From Haliotis rubra (Eukaryota): 64,000 nucleotides of DNA. Made by a program: the position numbers and the translations under genes. Below, in pieces: positions 38,201 through 50,200 of the stretch; the first letter of the stretch is position 1, and every line of letters begins with the position of its first letter. The DNA is taken from NCBI RefSeq assembly GCF_003918875.1, contig NW_025765070.1:1-64000 (forward strand), written 5' to 3'. The notes under the pieces are model-generated. The model had not been told where the DNA came from. It worked only from the letters and a program-made list of their open reading frames with translations, and searched no databases.

Positions 38201-41200
38201 TGCTGGAACAGCACACCAGAGGCTCCTTTCACGAAGCAACCTTTACTAAGGTTAACCTTAACTCCCATTCTTTAACATTGCACTAAGGTTTTCTTAGTGC
38301 TTTGTGAAAGGAGGTCCAGGACCATTCACATCAGCTACAGATCTCCTATCAAGTGCATCAACAAGATACTGAATTTACAGTGAAAAAAGTCCCATTTTGG
38401 GGATATCAGCTTCAGTTAATTCTGTATTTATAACTTCCACAACATGACCATATGACAAAGCTTTGTTGTCTGACACTCGTCTTTACGTTTTGGCCCATGA
38501 AAACATATAGTAATGTAAACAGTTGCATCTTTATTTCAATTTTCATCAATCTAAAATGAGAAATAATAACTTTCGAGGTGCAAATCAAATGTGAAGCAAA
38601 GAAAACATATATCATGTAACCAATTCCCCAAATGAAGACACAAACAGTCCAATGAGGGCAATAATTGTATGTGACATTCCAGTCATGCTCCCTGTAGCAG
38701 ATGCAAGCAGGTCTCCACAGTCTGCACACTGAGTGTAGACAGTGGTCACACTAGCAGCATGCTGGCAGCTCAGACACTATGCAGCATCCAGACAAGAACA
38801 TACAGCAAGGAGGACACATGCCGAAGCACAGCCAATACACTGGTTAATAGTTTGTGTGTAAATACCAGATTCACCCTAGCCCATGGTGATAAGAAAGGAA
38901 AGTAAGACATTGCATCACTCTGTAATGATAATGAAGCTACTGGAACAGAATATATAGGGGAATGTAAAGTGATAGAAAACTCAGATTGTATACCTCCATG
39001 TGTGCAATCTGTCGAATGTTACCCAATTACTGAGTGTCACTACAGTGACCAGAGCGGGACAGGAAGCGCTATAAGGACTACAGTGCATGATGAAGGGGCC
39101 CTAACACTTCCACACTGCCTGTCATCCTGCACTGGACCTGTGGACTCACATCTTCTGGTCCCAGCTTGCTCGATCCTCTCTGGGGTCGACCTGAGGGTAT
39201 GAGGCGATCTCTCCTTTGGGCCATCTCTTCATGGTTCTTTGAGGTGATCTGTGGTCGTCTGTTCCTCTTGGCAGGGATGGTCCTCATGTCATGCTTCCCC
39301 CTCCTCGATATCCTCTATCTGCTCTGCTTCAGGTGGATCTGAGTGGAATTTGGAAGGAGGGCGTCTGGTCATCCCATCCCCTTCATCACCACCATCATTA
39401 GCATCATCCTCAGTGATGTCAACTTCACCAGAGTGGGGTTCCCACCGTATGACTCGAAATACGCCTTGCTATGGATGGGATGAGAGTGACATGCCAGTTA
39501 GTAGACAGGCAGCATGCAGGGGACAGACACCTGTGTACATAGTTTTGTTGAGAATGTGCACTACACTCAATGCCATATGTACCAGCAATGACACTTGTTA
39601 GATATCTATTACTGATGAGGTTCTTGAGAGGCATATAGAAGTTGGCATTCAAGCATAAGGCAAAATATTAAAATGTCAACTTCTTCTGGACTTCAATGTT
39701 TCTGGGCTTTTCCTTGCCCCTTTGTCAGGTGAATGGTAACTAACAGTTATACAGGATATATATACTAGTAATGTACATGAAGCCGGAGTGAATTTAAGCA
39801 TGTATATATACAATAAACAGGGGATTATGAGATGAAATGGAATGATATACAACAGCAGATATAGTGTTGTTACAGTAGATTAAGTGGGTAAGTGATGGAA
39901 GCTAATTGAGTCAAAAGGGTAGCTGATGTTTTAACAGTAGACTGAGTGGGTCTTATCACCTACTCAATCTATTGTTAACATCATATTTTGCCTTATATTC
40001 TACTACTGATGTTAGGAATGAACACAGTATGTAAACATATTGACATAAAAATCCGAGTAACAAACAAAGCCTATGTACACAGGTTTGAAGTGATCAATGA
40101 TTTGATGATGAACTGTTATCATATATAGCTATACCTCATCAGCATTATTAGCCTTGTCTTGGATGGTCTACAAACCTTCCTTTGTTTCCAACCATCACAA
40201 CGTGGTAAACTAGGTCCACATGAGACGCTGCCTGGAAGTCTCACTTAATACATGTACGTGGTGAAAAGGATACTCTCTCCTCACAACTAGCAGAGTAAAT
40301 AAATGCATAATGCTGTCATCAAATCACGTCACTGATGCAGAAACAACGTATCTACAACTGTAACTGGGGTTTGTCATGTTTAATGTTGGCACAAGTATAT
40401 GCCCAGAAATCTCCTACAACTACTGTACACATGCAGTCTGAATCATGTTCTACAATTAATTATCATTATGGCAATAACCTTTCGAATTTTGTCTTTTGAT
40501 TTATGTTTCATGAATCAAGCAGAATTCCACCATTCCTATTCATGCAAATCACTGTTCAGGTCTTAAACAAGTTAGGATGGAGGGGATCATGCATCATCAC
40601 TGCTTAGGAAATACCTCCCCTGAAGACTACGCCACCGATCAACCCAGCTGACTACCCCTTGCTTGCCATCCTTCTGAACCACCCCAGCTGACTAGCCCTT
40701 GCTCGCCATCCTTCTGGACCACCCCAGCTGACTACCCCTTGCTTGCCATCCTTCTGAACCACCCCAGCTGACTACCCCTTGATCGCCATCCTTCTGAACC
40801 ACCCCAGCTGACTACCCCTTGATCCCCATCCTTCTGAACCACCCCAGCTGACTACCCCTTGCTCGCCATCCTTCTGGACCACCCCAGCTGACTACCCCTT
40901 GCTCGCCATCCTTCTGGACCACCCCAGCTGACTACCCCTTGCTCGCCATCCTTCTGAACCACCCCAGCTGACTACCCTTGCCCGCCATCCTTCTAGACCA
41001 CCCAGCTGACTACCCCTTGATCGCCATCCTTCTGAACCACCCCAGCCGACTACCCCTTGCTCGCCATCCTTCTGGACCACCCCAGCTGACTACCCCTTGA
41101 TCGCCAACCTTCTGAACCACCCCAGCTGACTACCCCTTGCTCGCCATCCTTCTGGACCACCCCAGCTGACTACCCCTTGCTCGCCATCCTTCTGAACCAC

Positions 41201-44200
41201 CCCAGCTTATTACCCCTTGTGGGCCATCCCCTTGGTGGTGACTACAACTGGACAACATCTGTTGACTACCCCCTGTGCACCAGCCCTGTTGACTATATCT
41301 GTTGACTACCCCCTGTGCACCACCCATGTTGACTACATCTGTTGACCATCCATGTGCACCACCCGTGTTGACTACATCTGTTGACCACCCATGTGCACCA
41401 CCCATGTTGACTACATCTGTTGACTACCCCCTGTGCACCACCCATGTTGACTACATCTGTTGACCACCCATGTGCACCACCCATGTTGACTACATCTGTT
41501 GACTACCCCCTGTGCACCACCCATGTTGACTACATCTGTTGACTACCCCCTGTGCACCACCCATGTTCACTACCCCCTGTGCACCACCCATGCTGACTAC
41601 ATCTGTTGACTACCCCCTGTGCACCACCCATGTTGACTACATCTGTTGACTACCCCCTGTGCACCACCCAAGGTGGACTCCCCCTGTGCACCACCCATGT
41701 TCACTCCTGTTGATATTGATATCTGAGAAAAAAATGAATTGCTTTTGCAGCCAGTATATGTAAAGTTGATAACGAGCAGCACAATGCAAAGATGAACTTT
41801 TCCTGTTATTCAGCAATATCACCTAACCTGTGGCTTCTTTTCCTTGCTCTTCCCGCCTACCTGAGGCTTGCCCCTCCCTCCTGACTTGGGGCGGGGTCCA
41901 CGTCTGTCTTCCCCAGGTAGAGACTGCATTCCAAAACAAAACATGTAATTGTCTGACATCACATGAGTCAAACTTCGTTTAGGAGGATATTGTAGTGTGT
42001 AACGTGAAAAGAAAGTTGCAAGTTTCAAATTCAAACATGACCTTCAAACAGAACAGAAAGTGGGTTTATCTCAACATTCTACAGTTTACAATGACAAAAA
42101 GACATTTGTTTGGTGAGGTCAGAATAATGGCAACCATATCCCAACTGCATAGATCGATGTTCATGATGTTAACCACTGGGGAAATAATCCCTCTACTCAA
42201 GAGTTGGAAGAATGGGAGGACACCTTTTTTTTCAGGGGGTAAGAAAACAACATGATATATTGCTTTGCGTGAACGAACAAGAGAAGACAACTTTGTCAGT
42301 AAAGACAGTAAATTTGCAAATAAACATCACTAGACATGATTGTTTACCATTTCAGTTCTAATTTGTTTTTGCTTTCCCTAGTATTATATATGCAGGGTTT
42401 AAGATCACCTTGTGTATTTGTCTCATATACAGAGCTGGAAATAGCAATCAGCTGTGCACACGTCCCCCGCGATCTACCGGTGATTTTCGAGATGGATTCT
42501 GATGCAGTGATAGGAAAAATATAGGTTTATCCACATGATTCGCAGTCTTGTTTATGTATTTAAAAAAGACACTTTTGACTTGCAATACGTAAATGCGTCC
42601 ACGAGACCCACACGTTATGCAGGTGGGTGAGTTGACACAATATGATAGATACGTGGTCATTTAAACATTGCGTGACAGGTTGTGCATCGATTTTCATTTT
42701 TTGCGGGAGATGTAGGTTAATAGGGGGGAATCCCAAAATCACGCAACCTGTATGCAACACTGCAATAAGTCATCCCTCTCCCACCAAGTTGATGGCTGTA
42801 CTTGAACAGTCTTTCAAACCTGACCTTCTGCGATGACATATTTTTTTTGTGTTTGAGTGAGATGTTTTCACTGACCTTGGGGAACAAAACGCAGTGTGTC
42901 CACTATATTTCGGGTCAAAGGAGAAAAAAACAAACAATATGAGTCAGGATAAGGGAAAATAAATGATCCAAAGCTGGTAGTTTGCAACACCAATGATCAA
43001 GGTTGCTATATTCCACTGAATCCTACAACACAATAAGTATTCATTATCACAATCACTGCTTCTAAAAATGTCCTATCTGCATTCAATAATCCAAGAACTC
43101 AACAGTGTATTTGTGTCGCTAATTTGGCCAAATCAGTAATACGTCATATATATATTAGACACTGTCCAGTGCCATAATTCGTCATATATATATGAGACAC
43201 TGTCCAGTGCCATAATACGTCATATATATATTAGACACTGTCCAGTGCCATAATACGTCATGTGGACTTCAAAGATTCTTCTGTTTTAAACATATATTAT
43301 CAGTAACCATATCTGAATATCAGGAGGCACTGATAACTGACATGTATTGAAACTACTGCAGCTACAAGATTCGAAGAACTGCCAAGGTAGAGCACGTGCC
43401 CATGAGTCAATACTTGTAGGAGATAACTGAGGATGAGGTGGTGTGTCACCTGCTTTACTGTTCAGTGTACAAGGTAGAGCACGTGCCCATGAGTCAATAC
43501 TTGTAGGAGATAACTGAGGATGAGGTGGTGTGTCACCTGCTTTACTGTTCAGTGTACAAGGTAGAGCACGTGCCCATGAGTCAATACTTGTAGGAGATAA
43601 CTGAGGATGAGGTGGGGTGTCACCTGCTTTACTGTTCAGTGTACAAGGTAGAGCAGGTGTCCATGAGTCAATACTTGAAGGAGATAACTGAGGATGAGGT
43701 GGTGTGTCACCTGCTTTACTGTTCAGTGTACAAGGTAGAGCAGGTGTCCATGAGTCAATACTTGTAGGAGATAACTGAGGATGAGGTGGTGTGTCACCTG
43801 CTTTACTGTTCAGTGTACAAGGTAGAGCAGGTGCCCATGAGTCAATACTTGTAGGAGATAACTGAGGATGAGGTGGTGTGTCACCTGCTTTACTTTACTG
43901 TTCAGTGTACAAGGTAGAGCAGGTGCCCATGAGTCAATACTTGTAGGAGATAACTGAGGATGAGGTGGTGTGTCACCTGCTTTACTGTTCAGTGTACAAG
44001 GTAGAGCAGGTGTCCAGGAGTCAATACTTGTAGGAGATAACTGAGGATGAGGTGGTGTGTCACCTGCTTTTACTGTTCAGTGTACAAGGTAGAGCAGGTG
44101 CCCATGAGTCAATATAGGAGATAACTGAGGATGAGGTGGTGTGTCACCTGCTTTACTGTTCAGTGTACAAGGTAGAGCAGGTGCCCATGAGTCAATACTT

Positions 44201-47200
44201 GTAGGAGATAACTGAGGATGAGGTGGTGTGTCACCTGCTTTACTGTTCAGTGTACAAGGTAGAGCAGGTGCCCATGAGTCAATACTTGTAGGAGATAACT
44301 GAGGATGAGGTGGTGTGTCACCTGCTTTACTGTTCAGTGTACAAGGTAGAGCAGGTGCCCATGAGTCAATACTTGTAGGAGATAACTGAGGATGAGGTGG
44401 TGTGTCACCTGCTTTACTGTTCAGTGTACAAGGTAGAGCAGGTGCCCATGAGTCAATACTTGTAGGAGATAACTGAGGATGAGGTGGTGTGTCAGCCTGC
44501 TTTACTGTTCAGTGTACAAGGTAGAGCAGGTGCCCATGAGTCAATACTTGTAGGAGATAACTGAGGATGAGGTGGTGTGTCACCTGCTTTACTGTTCAGT
44601 GTACAAGGTAGAGCAGGTGCCCATGAGTCAATACTTGTAGGAGATAACTGAGGATGAGGTGGTGTGTCACCTGCTTTACTGTTCAGTGTACAAGGTAGAG
44701 CAGGTGCCCATGAGTCAATACTTGTAGGAGATAACTGAGGATGAGGTCACGCCGCTTTACTGTTCAGTGTACAAGGTAGAGCAGGTGTCCATTAGTCAAT
44801 ACTTGTAGGAGATAACTGAGGATGAGGTGGTGTGTCACCTGCTTTACTGTTCAGTGTACAAGGTAGAGAGCAGGTGCCCATGAGTCAATACTTGTAGGAG
44901 ATAACTGAGGATGAGGTGGTGTGTCACCTGCTTTACTGTTCAGTGTACAAGGTAGAGCAGGTGCCCATGAGTCAATACTTGTAGGAGATAACTGAGGATG
45001 AGGTGGTGTGTCACCTGCTTTACTGTTCAGTGTACAAGGTAGAGCAGGTGCCCATGAGTCAATACTTGTAGGAGATAACTGAGGATGAGGTGGTGTGTCA
45101 CCTGCTTTACTGTTCAGTGTACAAGGTAGAGCAGATGTCCATGAGTCAATACTTGTAGGAGAAAACTGAGGATGAGGTGGTGTGTCACCTGCTTTACTGT
45201 TCAGTGTACAAGGTAGAGCAGGTGCCCATGAGTCAATACTTGTAGGAGATAACTGAGGATGAGGTGGTGTGTCACCTGCTTTACTGTTCAGTGTACAAGG
45301 TAGAGCACGTGCCCATTAGTCAATACTTGTAGGAGATAACTGAGGATGAGGTGGGGTGTCACCTGCTTTACTGTTCAGTGTACAAGGTAGAGCAGGTGCC
45401 CATGAGTCAATACTTGTAGGAGATAACTGAGGATGAGGTGGTGTGTCACCTGCTTTACTGTTCAGTGTACAAGGTAGAGCAGGTGTCCATGAGTCAATAC
45501 TTGTAGGAGATAACTGAGGATGAGGTGGGGTGTCACCTGCTTTACTGTTCAGTGTACAAGGTAGAGCAACGTGCCCATTGAGTCAATACTTGTAGGAGAT
45601 AACTGAGGATGAGGTGGGGTGTCACCTGCTTTACTGTTCAGTGTACAAGGTAGAGCAGGTGCCCATGAGTCAATACTTGTAGGAGATAACTGAGGATGAG
45701 GTGGTGTGTCACCTGCTTTACTGTTCAGTGTACAAGGTAGAGCAGGTGCCCATGAGTCAATACTTGTAGGAGATAACTGAGGATGAGGTGGGTGTCACCT
45801 GCTTTCTGTTCAGTGTACAAGGTAGAGCTGGTGCCCATGAGTCAATACTTGTAGGAGATAACTGAGGATGGTGGTGTGTCACCTGCTTTACTGTTCAGTG
45901 TACAAGGTAGAGCAGGTGCCCATGAGTCAATACTTGTAGGAGATAACTGAGGATGAGGTGGTGTGTCACCTGCTTTGCTGTTCAGTGTGTACAAGGTAGA
46001 GCAGGTGCCCATGAGTCAATACTTGTAGGAGATAACTGAGGATGAGGGTGTGTCACCTGCTTTACTGTTCAGTGTACAAGGTAGAGCAGGTGCCCATGAG
46101 TCAATACTTGTAGGAGATAACTGAGGATGAGGTGGTGTGTCACCTGCTTTACTGTTCAGTGTACAAGGTAGAGCAGGTGCCCATTAGTCAATGCTTGTAG
46201 GAGATAACTGAGGATGAGGTGGTGTGTCGCCTGCTTTACTGTTCAGTGTACAAGGTAGAGCAGGTGCCCATGAGTCAATACTTGTAGGAGATAACTGAGG
46301 ATGAGGTGGTGTGTCGCCTGCTTTACTGTTCAGTGTACAAGGTAGAGCAGGTGCCCATTGAGTCAATGCTTGTAGGAGATAACTGAGGATGAGGTGGTGT
46401 GTCACCTGCTTTACTGTTCAGTGTACAAGGTAGAGCAGGTGCCCATGAGTCAATACTTGTAGGAGATAACTGAGGATGAGGTGGTGTGTCACCTGCTTTA
46501 CTGTTCAGTGTACAAGGTAGAGCAGGTGCCCATGAGTCAATACTTGTAGGAGATAACTGAGGATGAGGTGGTGTGTCGCCTGCTTTACTGTTCAGTGTAC
46601 AAGGTAGAGCAGGTGCCCATGAGTCAATACTTGTAGGAGATAACTGAGGATGAGGTGGTGTGTAGCCTGCTTTACTGTTCAGTGTACAAGGTAGAGCAGG
46701 TGCCCATGAGTCAATACTTGTAGGAGATAACTGAGGATGAGGTGGTGTGTCACCTGCTTTACTGATCAGTGTACAAGGGGTGGCTGGAAACTGTAGGGGT
46801 GGCGTTCAAGGGTGGAAGTGAACCTATGAGATGATCCATAAAAGGGAAGGCTTTCAAAAGTCACCACTAAGTAAAACAAATGACAAAGTATATGGGATTC
46901 ATTTGAATATCACATAGCTTGTTCCAAATCTTCTGAAATCTAAAAGAAATTTACATCCTCTGATGATCATTTAAGTCATTTTGAAGAACCATGGTAACTT
47001 TTGTAACCACGGATTATTCTTTGATTGACCACTATCCGCTTGAGACTAAACAAAGGCCAAAGCAGTTGAACAACTAATGTTTCATCCAACAAGGAAAGCA
47101 AAGAGTTTTCCATGAGTAGGTCAGGAGATTCTTGGAAACCAAAAGAATTCAAAAGGACTTCCTCCCAAAAGTTCAGGCGAGACAGTTCCCCGGAGGAAGC

Positions 47201-50200
47201 CTTCTACCTCAGCGGCTTTCAGGCACTCCATTATCCTGATTGGATATGTGTGGACCCTGGATTATGTTGAAACAAGAAGACAAAGTCATCAATATCCCCC
47301 GCAATGGCAAAATACTCTTCAGGAATATGTCTACGAGTTATGATTATGTCAAATATTTAGGTGTGTATATAGAAAAGTGGAAGGAGAGTATTGAAAGGTT
47401 TTTAAAGTTCTGCTCCAGAAAGGAGCACTATCACCAATTTCAGTCTAAGTCAAACTTGTTGCCATGGAAATGCCAAAAATATTTTATTCAGAAATCCAAA
47501 ACTACCAAAAGGCACCAGTACACCACCAAATCTATGTATGTGCCAAGTTTGGTGAAGAAACATTGAACAGTTTTAGAGTTCTGCTCCAGAAAAGAGCACT
47601 GCCACTAATTTCAGTTTTAGTCAAACTTGTTGCCATGGAAATGCCAAAAATATTTTATTAAGAATTCCAAAAACTACCAAAAGGCACCAGTACACAACCA
47701 GATCTATGTATGTGCCAAGTTGGTGAAGAAACATTGAACGGTTTTAGAGTTCTGCTCTGGAAAAGAGCACAACCACCAATTTCAGTCTAAATCAAACTTG
47801 TTGCCATGGAAACGCCAAAAATATTTCTTTCAGAATTCCAAAACTACCAAAAGGCACCAGTACACCACAAGATCTATCTATGTGCCAAGTTTGGTGAAGA
47901 AATATTGAACGGTTTGAGAGTTCTGCTTCGGAAAAGAGCACTACTACTAATATCAGTCTAAGTCGAACTTGTTGCCACGGAAACACCAAAATTATTTTAT
48001 TCAGAATTCCAAAACTACCAAAAGGCACCAGTACACCACCAGATCCATGTATGTGCCAAGTTTGGTGAAGAAATATTGAACGGTTTTAGAGTTCTGCTCC
48101 GGAAAAGACAAATGTGCACGGACGGACGTCCGGATGGACGCACACACGGACGGAGTCCATTTTAATACCCCCCGCAAAACGCATTGCGGGGGATAATTAG
48201 GAACCTCCATGAGGACAGTCCATGAAAGTTACACTCAACATTTCAGCTACACATCATACCCTAACAGCGAGTATTGTCATACTCTCAGTCAAGTGTGAAA
48301 TTGCTGTCATAGTGTCAATATTTACTTACTACCTGCTGTAGACGACCACAAGCAGGCATGAATCTGTTCCTATTGTGTTTTGCCCTACCTTAGATTCCTT
48401 CTGCGGGGACGATGACCCAGAGCTTGAAGCTTCCCTGGTATAGGAGTTGACATCTTTATTGGGGTTGTTTTTGGCGGCAACTCTTTTATCCGCTTCTATT
48501 TCCTGCAAGAAAAGACAGATATTTTACAAGGACTGGCTGGCATTTTGCAAAACAAAGACATTCACCTCTCATAATTATATGAAAACTCACCATAACCTGT
48601 CAACAAATAACCATCACTAATCTTTGTTATTCACTAGTGTTGTTCATATTAAACAAGAGTCATCAGAATATGACATATCCCCCCGGCCCCTACAAATTTG
48701 AAAGAACAAATCATCTGACAGTTACTTAAAGTCCAGCTTGATTTGTTTTAGACTAAGTCCGAATCATTTCCACGGAAATCATGAGTAATATAAATGCCAA
48801 AAATCTGTAACTAGCAAAAGGCACCATTTCAAAATTGGCCTAATATATCTGCCAAGTTCTGTTGAAAGATATTGAACGCTTTTAAAGCTGTGCTACGGAA
48901 ATGAAGCCCACCCCTCCCTTTTGGGACTAAGTCTGAATCGTTTCCATGGAAACCGGGAAAAAATAAATATGCCAAAATTCTGTCAAATAGCAAAAGCCAC
49001 CACTTTGGCATCTGCCTTACATATCTGCCAAGTTTTGCTGAAAGATATTAAGAAGGTTTTGAGTTCTTCTCCCGAAATGAGACCCACCCCTCACTTTTGA
49101 GACTAAATCTGAATAATTTCCATGGAAACCGAAAAAAATAATAAATCACAAAAATCTGCAAACAGCAAAAGCCACCACTTTGGCATCTGCCTCACATATC
49201 TGCCAAGTTTTGCTGAAAGATATTTAGAAGGTTTTGAGTTCTCCTTTTGAGACTAAGTCTGAAAAGAAACCCACCCAAAAATCTGCAAACAGCCTTTTGA
49301 GACTAAGTCTGAATAATTTCCATGGAAACTGAAAGATATTTAGAAGGTTTTGAGTTCTCCCGAAAAGAAACCCACCCTCCCTTTTGAGACTAAAAAAATA
49401 ATAAATAAATCACAAAAATCTGCAAACAGCAAAAGGCACCACTTTGGGATCTGCTTCACATATCTACCAAGTTATGCTGAAAGATATTAAGAAGTTTTCG
49501 AGTTGTTCTCCGGAAACGAAACTCACCCCTCCCTTTTGGGACTAAGTCCGAATCGTTTCCATGGAAACTGGGAAAAATAAAAATGCCAAAAATCTGCAAA
49601 TAGCAAAAGGCACCACTTAAGGTTCTGTTTGATATATCTAGAAAGTTGTGTTGAAAAATATTGAACGGTTCTTGAGTTATGCTCCGGAAACGAAGCCCAC
49701 CCATCCTTTAAGACTAAATCCAAAACGTTTCCATGGAAACCGGGAAAATAAAAATGGAAAAATCTGTAAATAGCAAAAGGCACCACCTTAGGTTCTGTTT
49801 GATATATCTACCAACTTTTGTCGAAAAATATTGAACAGTTTCTGAGTTATGCTCTGGAAGCAAAATGATTACGGACGGACGGACGGACGGACGGACGGAC
49901 GGACGGATAGACGGACGAGGCGTTGACTATATCCATTAGATGCCTGGTGAATAAAAAATGACAACCACCACTCATCTTTGTTATTCACTAGTGTTGTTCA
50001 TATTAAACAAATAACAACCATCACTCATCTTTGTTATTCACTAGTGTTGTTCATATTAAACAAATAACAACCACCACTCATCTTTGTTATTCACTAGTGT
50101 TGTTCATACTAAACAAATAACAACCACCACTCATCTTTGTTATTCACTAGTGTTGTTCATATTAAACAAAATAACAACCATCACTCATCTTTGTTATTCA

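Noticed and set aside
42393-42762. Possible hAT-like MITE with CAG termini (also CAGGGCTCGA at 34268 and 51791)
   Set aside because: The TIR match is poor and I found no 8-bp TSD.
43383-46777. CRISPR-like regularity in this and the other arrays
   Set aside because: The units are contiguous with no unique spacers, there are no cas genes, and the context is eukaryotic.
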